Shown here piece by piece: positions 19,367-34,300 of a DNA stretch of 64,000 nt. The position numbers and the translations under genes are program-made. The notes under the pieces were generated by a model, which saw only the letters and a program-made list of their open reading frames with translations, made no database searches and was not told the origin of the DNA. How positions within the stretch are numbered: position 1 is the first letter of the stretch; every line of letters begins with the position of its first letter. Source of the DNA: Eledone cirrhosa (taxonomy: Eukaryota); contig OZ024745.1 in the NCBI GenBank assembly GCA_964016885.1, positions 1,798,001 through 1,862,000 of the forward strand, read 5' to 3'.

Positions 19367-22300
19367 GTTACGCGGTTAGGATGTTATAAAGTAGTGGTGG
19401 TGGTGGTGTGTACACAGCTAGGCTGTTATAAAGTGGCGGTGGTGGTGGTGTGTACACAGCTAGGCTGTTATAAAGTGGCGGTGGTGGTGGTGTGTACACA
19501 GCTAGGCTGTTATAAAGTAGTGGTGGTGGTGGTGTGTACACAGCTAGGCTGTTATAAAGTGGCGGTGGTGGTGGTGTGTACACAGCTAGGATGTTATAAA
19601 GTAGTGTCGGTGGGGGTGTGTACACGGTTAGGATGTTATAAAGTAGTGGTGGTGGTGGTGTGTACACAGCTAGGCTGTTATAAAGTGGCGGTGGTGGTGG
19701 TGTGTACACAGTTAGGCTGTTATAAAGTAGTGGTGGTGGTGGTGTGTACACAGCTAGGATGTTATAAAGTGGCGGTGGTGGTGGTGTGTACACAGTTCGG
19801 CTGTTATAAAGTAGTGGTGGTGGTGGTGTGTACACAGCTAGGATGTTATAAAGTGGCGGTGGTGGTGGTGTGTACACAGCTAGGCTGTTATAAAGTGGCG
19901 GTGGTGGTGGTGTGTACACAGCTAGGCTGTTATAAAGTAGTCGTGGTGGTGGTGTGTACACAGCTAGGATGTTATAAAGTGGCGGTGGTGGTGGTGTGTA
20001 CACAGTTCGGCTGTTATAAAGTAGTGGTGGTGGTGGTGTGTACACAGCTAGGATGTTATAAAGTGGCGGTGGTGGTGGTGTGTACACAGCTAGGCTGTTA
20101 TAAAGTGGCGGTGGTGGTGGTGTGTACACAGCTAGGCTGTTATAAAGTAGTCGTGGTGGTGGTGTGTACACAGCTAGGATGTTATAAAGTAGTCGTGGTG
20201 GTGGTGTGTACACAGCTAGGATGTTGTAAAGTGGCGGTGGTGGTGGTGTGTACACAGTTCGGCTGTTATAAGGTAGTGGTGGTGGTGGTGTGTACACAGC
20301 TAGGATGTTATAAAGTGGCGGTGGTGGTGGTGTGTACACAGCTAGGATGTTATAAAGTAGTCGTGGTGGTGGTGTGTACACAGCTAGGATGTTATAAAGT
20401 GGCGGTGGTGGTGGTGTGTACACAGTTCGGCTGTTATAAAGTAGCGGTGGTGGAGGTGTGTACACAGCTAGGATGTTATAAAGTGGCGGTGGTGGTGGTG
20501 TGCACACAGTTAGGCTGTTATAAAGTAGTGGTGGTGGTGGTGTGTACACAGCTAGGATGTTATAAAGTGGCGGTGGTGGTGGTGTGTACACAGCTAGGAT
20601 GTTATAAAGTAGTCGTGGTGGTGGTGTGTATACAGCTAGGATGTTATAAAGTGGCGGTGGTGGTGGTGTGTACACAGTTCGGCTGTTATAAAGTAGTGGT
20701 GGTGGTGGTGTGTACACAGCTAGGCTGTTATAAAGTAGTGGTGGTGGTGGTGTGTACACAGCTAGGCTGTTATAAAGTGGCGGTGGTGGTGGTGTGTACA
20801 CAGCTAGGCTGTTATAAAGTGGCGGTGGTGGTGGTGTGTACACAGCTAGGCTGTTATAAAGTAGTGGTGGTGGTGGTGTGTACACAGCTAGGCTGTTATA
20901 AAGTGGCGGTGGTGGTGGTGTGTACACAGCTAGGATGTTATAAAGTAGTGTCGGTGGGGGTGTGTACACGGTTAGGATGTTATAAAGTAGTGGTGGTGGT
21001 GGTGTGTACACAGCTAGGCTGTTATAAAGTGGCGGTGGTGGTGGTGTGTACACAGTTAGGCTGTTATAAAGTAGTGGTGGTGGTGGTGTGTACACAGCTA
21101 GGATGTTATAAAGTGGCGGTGGTGGTCGTGTGTACACAGTTCGGCTGTTATAAAGTAGTGGTGGTGGTGGTGTGTACACAGCTAGGATGTTATAAAGTGG
21201 CGGTGGTGGTGGTGTGTACACAGCTAGGCTGTTATAAAGTGGCGGTGGTGGTGGTGTGTACACAGCTAGGCTGTTATAAAGTAGTCGTGGTGGTGGTGTG
21301 TACACAGCTAGGATGTTATAAAGTGGCGGTGGTGGTGGTGTGTACACAGTTCGGCTGTTATAAAGTAGTGGTGGTGGTGGTGTGTACACAGCTAGGATGT
21401 TATAAAGTGGCGGTGGTGGTGGTGTGTACACAGCTAGGCTGTTATAAAGTGGCGGTGGTGGTGGTGTGTTCACAGCTAGGCTGTTATAAAGTAGTCGTGG
21501 TGGTGGTGTGTACACAGCTAGGATGTTATAAAGTAGTCGTGGTGGTGGTGTGTACACAGCTAGGATGTTGTAAAGTGGCGGTGGTGGTGGAGTGTACACA
21601 GTTCGGCTGTTATAAGGTAGTGGTGGTGGTGGTGTGTACACAGTTCGGCTGTTATAAAGTAGTGGTGGTGGTGTTGTGTACACAGCTAGGATGTTATAAA
21701 GTGGCGGTGGTGGTGGTGTGTACACAGCTAGGATGTTATAAAGTGGCGGTGGTGGTGGTGTGTACACAGCTAGTATGTTATAAAGTGGCGGTGGTGGTGG
21801 TGTGTACACAGTTAGGCTGTTATAAGGTAGTGGTGGTGGTGGTGTGTACACAGTTCGGCTGTTATAAAGTAGTGGTGGTGGTGTTGTGTACACAGCTAGG
21901 ATGTTATAAAGTAGTCGTGGTGGTGGTGTGTACACAGCTAGGCTGTTATAAAGTAGTCGTGGTGGTGGTGTGTACACAGCTAGTATGTTATAAAGTGGCG
22001 GTGGTGGTGGTGTGTACACAGTTAGGCTGTTATAAAGTAGTGGTGGTGGTGGTGTGTACACAGCTAGGATGTTATAAAGTGGCGGTGGTGGTGGTGTGTA
22101 CACAGCTAGGATGTTATAAAGTGGCGGTGGTGGTGGTCTGTACACAGCTAGGATGTTATAAAGTGGTAGTGGTGGTGGTGTGTACACAGCTGGGATGTTA
22201 TAAAGTAGTGTCGGTGGGGGGGTGTACACGGTCAGGATGTTATAAAGTGGTGGTGGTAGTGGTGTGTACACAGCTAGGATGTTAGAAAGTGGTGGTGGTG

Positions 22301-25300
22301 GTGGTGGTGCGTACACAGTTAGGCTGTTATAAAGTGGTGGTGGTGGTGGTGTGCACACAGTTAGGCTGTTATAAAGTGGTGGTGGTGGTGGTAGTGTGTA
22401 CACAGCTAGGATGTTATAAAGTGGCGGTGGTGGTGGTGTGTACACAGTTAGGCTGTTATAAAGTGGCGGTGGTGGTGGTGTGTACACAGTTAGGCTGTTA
22501 TAAAGTGGTGGCGGTGGTGGTGTGTACACAGCTAGGCTGTTATAAAGTAGTCGTGGTGGTGGTGTGTACACAGCTAGGATGTTATAAAGTGGCGGTGGTG
22601 GTGGTGTGTACACAGCTAGGATGTTATAAAGTGGTAGTGGTGGTGGTGTGTACACAGCTGGGATGTTATAAAGTGGCGGTGGTGGTGGTGTGTACACAGC
22701 TAGGATGTTATAAAGTGGCGGTGGTGGTGGTCTGTACACAGCTAGGATGTTATAAAGTGGTAGTGGTGGTGGTGTGTACACAGCTGGGATGTTATAAAGT
22801 AGTGTCGGTGGGGGGGTGTACACGGTCAGGATGTTATAAAGTGGTGGTGGTAGTGGTGTGTACACAGCTAGGATGTTATAAAGTGGTGGTGGTGGTGGTG
22901 CGTACAGAGCTAGGATGTTATAAAGTGGTGGTGGTGGTGTTGGTGGTGGTGGTGTGTACACAGCTAGGATGTTATAAAGTGGTGGCGGTGGTGGTGTGTA
23001 CACAGCTAGGATGTTATAAAGTAGTCGTGGTGGTGGTGTGTACACAGCTAGGGTGTTATAAAGTGGTGGCGGTGGTGGTGTGTACACAGTTAGGCTGTTA
23101 TAAAGTGGTGGCGGTGGTGGTGTGTACACAGCTAGGCTGTTATAAAGTAGTCGTGGTGGTGGTGTGTACACAGCTAGGATGTTATAAAGTGGTGGCGGTG
23201 GTGGTGTGTACACAGCTAGGCTGTTATAAAGTAGTCGTGGTGGTAATGTGTACACAGCTAGGATGTTATAAAGTAGTGTCGGTGAGGGTGTGTACACGGT
23301 TAGGATGTTATAAAGTGGCGGTGGTGGTGGTGTGTACACAGCTAGGATGTTATAAAGTGGTGGTGGTGGTGGTGCGTACAGAGCTAGGATGTTATAAAGT
23401 GGTGGTGGTGGTGTTGGTGGTGGTGGTGTGTACACAGCTAGGATGTTATAAAGTGGTGGCGGTGGTGGTGTGTACACTGCTAGGATGTTATAAAGTAGTG
23501 GCGGTGGTGGTGTGTACACAGTTAGGCTCTTATAAAGTAGTGGTGGTGGTATGTACACAGTTAGGCTTTTATAAAGTAGTGGTGGTGGTGGTGTGTACAC
23601 AGTTCGACTGTTATAAAGTAGTGGTGGTGGTGGTGGTGTGTACACAGCTAGGATGTTATAAAATGGTGGTGGTGGTGGTGTGTACACAGCTAGGCTGTTA
23701 TAAAGTAGTGGTGGTGGTGGTGGTGTGTACACAGTTTGGCTGTTATAAAGTGGTGGCGGAGGTGGTGTGTACACAGTTAGGCTGTTATAAAGTAGTGGTG
23801 GTGGTGTGTACACAGTTAGGATGTTATAAAGTGGTGGCGGAGGTGGTGTGTACACAGCTAGACTGTTATAAAGTAGTGGTGGTGGTGGTGTGTACACACG
23901 CTGTTATAAAGTTGGGGCGGTGGTGGTGTGTACACGGTTAGGATGTTATAAAGTGGCGGTGGTGGTGGTGTGTACACAGTTAGGCTGTTATAAAGTGGGG
24001 GTGGTGGTGTGTACACGGTTCGGCTGTTATAAAGTAGTGGTGGTGGTGGTGTGTACACAGGCTGTTATAAAGTTGGGGCGGTGGTGGTGTGTACACGGTT
24101 AGGATGTTATAAAGTGGCGGTGGTGGTGGTGTGTACACAGTTAGGCTGTTATAAAGTGGGGGTGGTGGTGTGTACACGGTTCGGCTGTTATAAAGTGGTG
24201 GTGGTGGTGGTGTGTACACAGCTAGGATGTTATAAAGTGGTGGCGGTGGTGGTGTGTACACGGTTAGGATGTTATAATGTGGTGGTGGTGGTGGTGTGTA
24301 CACAGTTAGGCTGTTATAAAGTAGTCGTGGTGGTGGTGTGTACACAGCTAGGATGTTATAAAGTGGCGGTGGTGGTGGTGTGTACACAGTTAGGCTGTTA
24401 TAAAGTAGTGGTGGTGGTGGTGTGTACACAGCTAGGATGTTATAAAGTGGCGGTGGTGGTCGTGTGTACACAGCTAGGATGTTATAAAGTCGCGGTGGTG
24501 GTGGTGTGTACACAGCTAGGATGTTATAAAGTGGTAGTGTGGTGGTGTGTACACAGCCAGCATGTTATAAAGTATTGTCGGTGGGGGGGTGTACACGGTC
24601 AGGATGTTATAAAGTGGTGGTGGTGGTGCTGTGTACACAGCTAGGATGTTATAAAGTGGCGGTGGTGGTGGTGTGTACACAGCTAGGATGTTATAAAGTG
24701 GCGGCGGTGGTGGTGGTGTGTACACAGTTAGGCTGTTATAAAGTGGCGGTGGTGGTGGTGTGTACACAGTTAGGCTGTTATAAAGTGGTGGCGGTGGTGG
24801 TGTGTACACAGCTAGGCTGTTATAAAGTAGTCGTGGTGGTGGTGTGTACACAGCTAGGATGTTATAAAGTGGCGGTGGTGGTGGTGTGTACACAGCTAGG
24901 ATGTAATAAAGTGGTAGTGGTGGTGGTGGTGGTGTGTACACAGCTAGGATGTTATAAAGTGGCGGTGGTGGTGGTGTGTACACAGCTAGGATGTAATAAA
25001 GTGGTAGTGGTGGTAGTATGTACACAGCTAGGATGTTATAAAGTAGTGTCGGTGGGGGTGTGTACACGGTTAGGATGTTATAAAGTGGCGGTGGTGGTGG
25101 TGTGTACACAGCTAGGATGTTATAAAGTGGCGGTAGTGGTGGTGCGTACAGAGCTAGGATGTTATAAAGTGGTGGTGGTGGTGTTGGTGGTGGTGGTGTG
25201 TACACAGCTAGGATGTTATAAAGTGGTGGCGGTGGTGGTGTGTACACAGCTAGGATGTTATAAAGTAGTGGCGGTGGTGGTGTGTACACAGTTAGGCTGT

Positions 25301-28300
25301 TATAAAGTAGTGGTGGTGGTGTGTACACAGTTAGGCTGTTATAAAGTAGTGGTGGTGGTGGTGTGTACACAGTTCGACTGTTATAAAGTAGTGGTGGTGG
25401 TGGTGGTGGTGTGTACACAGCTAGGATGTTATAAAATGGTGGTGGTGGTGGTGTGTACACAGCTAGGCTGTTATAAAGTGGTAGTGGTGGTGGTGTGTAC
25501 ACAGCTAGGCTGTTATAAAGTAGTGGTGGTGGTGGTGTGTACACAGTTTGGCTGTTATAAAGTGGTGGCGGAGGTGGTGTGTACACAGTTAGGCTGTTAT
25601 AAAGTGGTGGCGGAGGTGGTGTGTACACAGTTAGGCTGTTATAAAGTAGTGGTGGTGGTGGTGTGTACACAGTTAGGATGTTATAAAGTGGCGGTAGTGG
25701 TGGTATGTACACAGCTAGGATGTTATAAAGTGGTGGCGGTGGTGGTGTGTACACGGTTAGGATCTTATAATGTGGTGGTGGTGGTTGTGTGTACACAGTT
25801 AGGCTGTTACAAAGTGGTGGTGGTGGTGGTGGTGGTGTGTTCACAGCTAGGCTGTTATAAAGTAGTGGTGGTGGTGGTGTGTTCACAGCTAGGATGTTAT
25901 AAAGTGGAGGTGGTGGTGTTGGTGGTGTGTACACAGTTCGGCTGTTATAAAGTGATGGCGGTGGTGGTGGTGGTGTGTACACAGCTAGGCTGTTATAAAG
26001 TAGTCGTGGCGGTGGTGGTGGTGTGTACACAGCTAGGATGTTATAAAGTGGCGGTGGTGGTGGTGTGTACACAGTTAGGATGTTATAAAGTGGTGGTGGT
26101 GGTGGTGTGTACACAGCTAGGCTGTTATAAAGTGGTGGTGGTGGTGGTGGTGTGTTCACAGCTAGGATGTTATAAAGTAGTGGTGGTGGTGGTGGTGTGT
26201 ACACAGTTAGGCTGTTATAAAGTGGGGTGGTGGTGGTGTGTACACGGTTCGGCTGTTATAAAGTGGTGGTGGTGGTGGTGTGTACACAGTTAGGCTGTTA
26301 TAAAGTGGTGGAGGTGGTGGTGTGTACACGGTTAGGATGTTATAAAGTGGTGGTGGTGGTGGTTGTGTGTACACAGCTAGGATGTTATAAAGTGGTGGTG
26401 GTGGTAGTGTGTACACAGCTAGGCTGTTATAAAGTGGTGGTGGTGGTGGTGTGTTCACAGCTAGGATGTTATAAAGTAGTGGTGGTGGTGGTGTGTACAC
26501 AGTTCGGCTGTTATAAAGTAGTGGTGGTGGTGGTGGTGGTGTGTACACAGCTAGGATGTTATAAAGTGGTGGTGGTGGTGGTGTGTACACAGCTAGGCTG
26601 TTATAAAGTGGTGGTGGTGGTGGTGTGTTCACAGTTAGGATGTTATAAAGTAGTGGTGGTGGTGGTGTGTACACAGCTAGGATGTTATAAAGTAGTGGTG
26701 GTGGTGGTGTGTACACAGTTCGGCTGTTATAAAGTAGTGGTGGTGGTGGTGGTGGTGTGTACACAGCTAGGCTGTTATAAAGTGGTGGTGGTGGTGGTGT
26801 GTACACAGCTAGGCTGTTATAAAGTAGTGGTGGTGGTGGTGTGTTCACAGCTAGGATGTTATAAAGTGGTGGTGGTGGTGGTGGTGGTGTGTACACAGCT
26901 AGGCTGTTATAAAGTAGTGGTGGTGGTGGTGGTGTGTTCACGGCTAGGATGTTATAAAGTGGTGGCGGAGGTGGCGTGTACACAGTTAGGCTGTTATAAA
27001 GCAGTCGTGGTGGTGGTGGTGGTGTGTACATAGCAAGGATGTTATAAAGTGGCGGTGGTGGTGGTGTGTACACTGTTAGGCTGTTATAAAGTGGCGGTGG
27101 TGGTGGTGTGTACACAGTTAGGAAGTTATAATGTAGTGGTGGTGGTGGTGGTGTGTACACAGCTAGGTTGTTATAAAGTAGTGGTGGTGGTGGTGTGTAC
27201 ACAGCTAGGACGTTATAAAGTGGCGGTGGTGGTGGTGTGTACACTGTTAGGCTGTTATAAAGCGGCGGTGGTGGTGGTGTGTACACAGTTAGGAAGTTAT
27301 AATGTAGTGGTGGTGGTGGTGGTGCGTACACAGCTAGGATGTTATAAAATGGTGGCGGTGGTGGTGTGTACACAGCTAGGATGTTATAAAGTGGTGGTGG
27401 TGGTGGTGTATATACAGCTAGGCTGTTATAAAGTAGTGGTGGTGGTGGTGGTGTGTTCACAGCTAGGATGTTATAAAGTAGTGGTGGTGGTGGTGGTGTG
27501 TACACAGTTCGACTGTTATAAAGTGGTGGTGGTGGTGGTGTGTACACATTTCGGCCGTTATAAAGTGGTGGTGGTGGTGGTGTGTACACAGTGGGGCTGT
27601 TATAAAGTGGTGGTGGTGGTGTGTACACAGTTAGGATGTTATAAAGTAGTGGTGGTGGTGGTGGTGTGTACACAGTTAGGATGTTATAAAGTGGTGGTGG
27701 TGGTGGTGGTGCGTACACAGTTCGGTTGTTATAAAGTGGTGGTGGTGGTGGTGTGTACACAGTTAGGCTGTTATAAAGTAGTGGTGGTGGTGGTGGTGTG
27801 TACAAAGCTAGGATGTTATAAAGTAGTAGTGGTGGTGATGGTGTGTACACAGTTAGGATGTTATAAAGTAGTGGTGGTGGTGGTGGTGGTGGTGGTGTGT
27901 ACACAGTTCTGTTGTTATAAAGTAGTGGCGGTGGTGGTGGTGTGTAGACAGTTCGGCTGTTATAAAGTGGTGGTGGTGGTGGTGTGTACACAGCTAGGCT
28001 GTTATAAAGTGGTGGTGGTGGTGGTGGTGGTGGTGTGTACACAGGTAGGATGTTATAAAGTGGTGGTGGTGGTGGTGTGTTCACAGCTAGGACGTTATAA
28101 AGTAGTGGTGGTGGTGGTGGTGTGTACACAGTTCGGATGTTATAAAGTGGTGGTGGTGGTGGTGAGTACACAGTTAGGATGTTATAAAGTGGTTGTGATG
28201 GTGGTGTGTACACAGTTCGGCTGTTATAAAGTAGTGGTGGTGGTGGTGGTGTGTACACAGCTAGGCTGTTATAAAGTAGTGGTGGCGGTGGTGGTGTGTA

Positions 28301-31300
28301 CACAGTTAGGCTGTTATAAAGTAGTGATGGTGGTGGTGGTGTGTACACAGCTAGGCTGTTATAAAGTAGTGGTGGCAGTGGTGGTGTGTACACAGTTAGG
28401 CTGTTATAAAGTGGTGGTGGTGGTTGAGGTAGTGGTGTGTACACAGTTAGGCTGTTATAAAGTGTTGGTGGCGGTGGTGTGTTCACAGCTAGGCTGTTAT
28501 AAAGTTGTGGTGGTGGTGGTGGTGGTGTGTACACAGTTCGGCTGTTATAAAGTGGTGGCGGTGGTGGTGGTGGTGTGTACACAGCTAGGCTGTTATAAAG
28601 TAGTGGTGTAGGTGGTGTGTTCACAGCTAGGATGTTATAAAGTGGTGGTGGTGGTGGTGGTGGTGTGTACACAGTTCGGCTGTTATAAAGTGGTGGCGGT
28701 GGTGGTGGTGGTGTGTACACAGCTAGGCTGTTATAAAGTAGTCGTGGCGGTGGTGGTGGTGTGTACAGAGCTAGGATGTTATAAAGTGGCGGTGGTGGTG
28801 GTGTGTACACAGTTAGGATGTTATAAAGTGGTGGTGGTGGTGGTGTGTACACAGCTAGGCTGTTATAAAGTGGTGGTGGTGGTGGTGTGTTCACAGCTAG
28901 AATGTTATAAAGTAGTGGTGGTGGTGGTGGTGTGTACACAGTTAGGCTGTTATAAAGTGGGGGTGGTGGTGGTGTGTACACGGTTCGGCTGTTATAAAGT
29001 GGTGGTGGTGGTGGTGTGTACACAACTAGGATGTTATAAATTGGTGGCGGTGGTGGTGTGTACACGGTTAGGATGTTATAAAGTGGTGGTGGTGGTGGTG
29101 TGTTCACAGTTAGGATGTTATAAAGTAGTGGTGGTGGTGGTGTGTACACAGCTAGGATGTTATAAAGTAGTGGTGGTGGTGGTGTGCACACAGTTCGGCT
29201 GTTATAAAGTAGTGGTGGTGGTGGTGGTGGTGTGTACACAGCTAGGCTGTTATAAAGTAGTGGTGGTGGTGGTGTGTTCACAGCTAGGATGTTATAAAGT
29301 GGTGGTGGTGGTGGTGGCGGTGTGTACACAGCTAGGTTGTTATAAAGTGGTGGTGGTGGTGGTGTGTTCACAGTTAGGATGTTATAAAGTAGTGGTGGTG
29401 GTGGTGTGTACACAGCTAGGATGTTATAAAGTGGTGGTGGTGGTGGTGTGTTCACAGTTAGGATGTTATAAAGTAGTGGTGGTGGTGGTGTGTACACAGC
29501 TAGGCTGTTATAAAGTGGTGGTGGTGGTGGTGTGTTCACAGTTAGGATGTTATAAAGTAGTGGTGGTGGTGGTGTGTACACAGCTAGGATGTTATAAAGT
29601 AGTGGTGGTGGTGGTGTGCACACAGTTCGGCTGTTATAAAGTAGTGGTGGTGGTGGTGGTGGTGTGTACACAGCTAGGCTGTTATAAAGTAGTGGTGGTG
29701 GTGGTGTGTTCACAGCTAGGATGTTATAAAGTGGTGGTGGTGGTGGTGGCGGTGTGTACACAGCTAGGCTGTTATAAAGTGGTGGTGGTGGTGGTGGTGG
29801 TGGTGTGTACACATCTAGGCTGTTACAAAGTAGTGGTGGTGGTGGTGTGTTGACAGCTAGGATGTTATAAAGTGGTGGTGGTGGTGGTGGCGGTGTGTAC
29901 ACAGCTAGGCTGTTATAAAGTGGTGGTGGTGGTGGTGGTGGTGGTGTGTACACATCTAGGCTGTTATAAAGTAGTGGTGGTGGTGGTGTGTTCACAGCTA
30001 GGATGTTATAAAGTGGTGGCGGAGGTGGCGTGTACACAGTTAGGCTGTTATAAAGTGGTAGTGGTGGTGGTGGTGTGTACACAGTTCGGCTGTTATAAAG
30101 TGGTGGCGGTTGTGGTGGTGGTGTGTACACAGTTAGGCTGTTATAAAGCAGTCGTGGTGGTGGTGGTGGTGTGTACATAGCTAGGATGTTATAAAGTGGC
30201 GGTGGTGGTGGTGTGTACACAGCTAGGCCGTTATAAAGTGGCGGTGGTGGTGGTGTGTACACTGTTAGGATGTTATAATGTAGTGGTGGTGGTGGTGGTG
30301 CGTACACAGCTAGGATGTTATAAAGTAGTGGTGGTGGTGTGTACACAGTTTGGCTGTTATAAAGTGGTGGTGGTGGTGGTGGTGTGTACACAGTTCGGCT
30401 GTTATAAAGTAGTGGTGGTGGTGGTGGTGTGTACACAGTTAGGCTGTTATAAAGTAGTGGTGGTGGTGGTGTGTACACAGTTCGGCTGTTATAAAGTAGT
30501 GGTGGTGGTGGTGGTGTGTACACAGTTTGGCTGTTATAAAGTAGTGGTGGTGGAGGTGGTGTGTACACGGTTAGGCTGTTATAAAGTAGTGGTGGTGGAG
30601 GTGGTGTTTACACCGTTAGGCTGTTATAAAGCAGTGGTGGTGGTGGTGGTGTGTACACAGTTCGGCTGTTATAAAGTAGTGGTGGTGGTGGTGTGTACAC
30701 AGTTCGGCTGTTATAAAGAGGTGGTGGTGGTGGTGTGTACACAGTTAGGCTGTTATAAAGTAGTGGTGGTGGTGGTGGTGTGTACACAGTTCGGCTGTTA
30801 TAAAGTGGTGGTGGTGGTGGTGTGTACACAGTTCAGCTGTTATAAAGTGGTGGTGGTGGTGGTGTGTACACAGTTAGGCTGTTATAAAGTGGTGGCGGTT
30901 GTGGTGGTGGTGTGTACACAGCTAGGCTGTTATAAAGTAGTCGTGGTGGTGGTGGTGGTGTGTACATAGCTAGGATGTTATAAAGTGGCGGTGGTGGTGG
31001 TGTGTACACAGCTAGGCCGTTATAAAGTGGCGGTGGTGGTGGTGTGTACACTGTTAGGCTGTTATAAAGTGGCGGTGGTGGTGGTGTGTACACAGTTAGG
31101 ATGTTATAATGTAGTGGTGGTGGTGGTGGTGCGTACACAGCTAGGATGTTATAAAATGGTGGCGGTGGTGGTGTGTACACAGCTAGGATGTTATAAAGTG
31201 GTGGTGGTGGTGGTGTATACACAGCTAGGCTGTTATAAAGTAGTGGTGGTGGTGTGTACACAGTTTGGCTGTTATAAAGTGGTGGTGGTGGTGGTGGTGT

Positions 31301-34300
31301 GTACACAGTTCGGCTGTTATAAAGTAGTGGTGGTGGTGGTGGTGTGTACACAGTTAGGCTGTTATAAAGTAGTGGTGGTGGTGGTGTGTACACAGTTCGG
31401 CTGTTATAAAGTAGTGGTGGTGGTGTGTACACAGCTAGGATGTTTTAAAGTGGCGGTGCTGGTGGTGTGTACACAGCTAGGCTGTTATAAAGTAGTGGTG
31501 GTGGTGGTGGTGTGTACACAGTTTGGCTGTTATAAAGTAGTGGTGGTGGAGGTGGTGTGTACACGGTTAGGCTGTTATAAAGTAGTGGTGGTGGAGGTGG
31601 TGTGTACACCGTTAGGCTGTTATAAAGCAGTGGTGGTGGTGGTGGTGTGTACACAGTTCGGCTGTTATAAAGTAGTGGTGGTGGTGGTGTGTACACAGTT
31701 CGGCTGTTATAAAGAGGTGGTGGTGGTGGTGTGTAGACAGTTAGGCTGTTATAAAGTAGTGGTGGTGGTGGTGGTGTGTACACAGTTCGGCTGTTATAAA
31801 GTGGTGGTGGTGGTAGTGTGTACACAGTTCAGCTGTTATAAAGTGGTGGTGGTGGTGGTGTGTACACAGTTAGGCTGTTATAAAGTAGTGGTGGTGGTGT
31901 GTACACAGTTCGGCTGTTATAAAGTGGTGGTGGTGGTGGTGTGTACGCAGTTCAGCTGTTATAAAGTGGTGGTGGTGGTGGTGTGTACACAGCTAGGCTG
32001 TTATAAAGTAGTGGTGGTGGTGGTGGTGTGTACACAGTTCGGCTGTTATAAAGTAGTGGTGGTGGTGGTGTGTACACAGTTCGGCTGTTATAAAGTGGTG
32101 GTGGTGGTGGTGTGTACACAGCTAGGCTGTTATAAAGTGATGGTGGTGGTGGTGGTGTGTACACAGCTAGGCTGTTATAAAGTAGTGGTGGTGGTGGTGG
32201 TGTGTACACAGCTAGGCTGTTATAAAGCGGTGGTGGTGGTGGTGGTGTGTACACAATTCGGCTGTTATAATGTGGTGGTGGTGGTGGTGTGTACACAGTT
32301 CGGCTGTTATAAAGTGGTGGTGGTGGTGTGTACACAGTTCGGCTGTTATACAGTGGTGGTGGTGGTGGTGTGTACACAGTGGGGCTGTTATAAAGTGGTG
32401 GTGGTGGTGGTGGTGGTGTGTACACAGTTAGGATGTTATAAAGTAGTGGTGGTGGTGGTGGTGTGTACACAGTTAGGATGTTATAAAGTGGTGGTGGTGG
32501 TGGTGCTGTGTACACAGTTCGGCTGTTATAAAGTGGTGGTGGTGGTGGTGGTGTGTACGCAGTTCAGCTGTTATAAAGTGGTGGTGGTGGTGGCGTGTAC
32601 ACAGCTAGGCTGTTATAAAGTAGTGGTGGTGGTGGTGGTGTGTACACAGTTCGGCTGTTATAAAGTAGTGGTGGTGGTGGTGTGTACACAGTTCGGCTGT
32701 TATAAAGTGGTGGTGGTGGTGGTGTGTACATAGTTCGGCTGTTATAAAGTGGTGGTGGTGGTGGTGTGTACACAGCTAGGCTGTTATAAAGTGATGGTGG
32801 TGGTGGTGGTGTGTACACAGCTAGGCTGTTATAAAGTAGTGGTGGTGGTGGTGGTGTGTACACAGCTAGGCTGTTATAAAGCGGTGGTGGTGGTGGTGGT
32901 GTGTACACAATTCGGCTGTTATAATGTGGTGGTGGTCGTGGTGTGTACACAGTTCGGCTGTTATAAAGTGGTGGTGGTGGTGGTGTGTACACAGTTCGGC
33001 TGTTATAAAGTGGTGGTGGTGGTGGTGTGTACACAGTGGGGCTGTTATAAAGTGGTGGTGGTGGTGGTGGTGTGTACACAGTTAGGATGTTATAAAGTAG
33101 TGGTGGTGGTGATGGTGTGTACACAGTTAGGATGTTATAAAGTAGTGGTGGTGGTGGTGGTGTGTAGACAGTTCGGCTGTTATAAAGGGGTGGTGGTGGT
33201 GGTGGTGTGTACACAGCTAGGATGTTATAAAGTAGTGGTGGTGGTGGTGGTGTGTACACAGTTCGGCTGTTAGAAAGTGGTGGTGGTGGTGATGGTGTGT
33301 ACACAGTTCGGCTGTTATAAAGTGGCGGTGGTGGTGGTGTGTACACAGTTAGGATGTTATAAAGTGGTGGTGGTGGTGGTGTGTACACAGCTAGGCTGTT
33401 ATAAAGTGGTGGTGGTGGTGGTGTGTTCACAGCTAGGATGTTATAAAGTAGTGGTGGTGGTGGTGGTGTGTACACAGTTAGGCTGTTATAAATTGGGGGT
33501 GGTGGTGGTGTGTACACGGTTCGGCTGTTATAAAGTGGTGGTGGTGGTGGTGTGTACACAGCTAGGCTGTTATAAAGTGGTGGTGGTGGTGGTGTGTTCA
33601 CAGTTAGGATGTTATAAAGTAGTGGTGGTGGTGGTGTGTACACAGCTAGGATGTTATAAAGTAGTGGTGGTGGTGGTGTGTACACAGTTAGGCTTTTATA
33701 AAGTAGTGGTGGTGGTGGTGGTGGTGGTGTGTACACAGCTAGGCTGTTATAAAGTAGTGGTGGTGGTGGTGTGTTCACAGCTAGGATGTTATAAAGTGGT
33801 GGTGGTGGTGGTGGTGGTGGCGGTGTGTACACAGCTAGGCTGTTATAAAGTAGTGGTGGTGGTGGTGTGTTCACAGCTAGGATGTTATAAAGTGGTGGCG
33901 GAGGTGGCGTGTACACAGTTAGGCTGTTATAAAGTAGTGGTAGTGGTGGTGTGTACACAGTTCGGCTGTTATAAAGTAGTGGTGGTGGTGGTTTGTACAC
34001 AGCTAGGTTGTTATAAAGTGGTGGTGGTGGTGGTGTGTACACAGTTCGGCTGTTATAAAGTGGTGGCGGTTGTGGTGGTGGTGTGTACACAGCTAGGCTG
34101 TTATAAAGTAGTCGTGGTGGTGGTGGTGGTGTGTACATAGCTAGGATGTTATAAAGTGGCGGTGGTGGTGGTGTGTACACAGCTAGGCCGTTATAAATTG
34201 GCGGTGGTGGTGGTGTGTACACTGTTGGGCTGTTATAAAGTGGCGGTGGTGGTGGTGTGTACACAGTTAGGATGTTATAATGTAGTGGTGGTGGTGGTGG

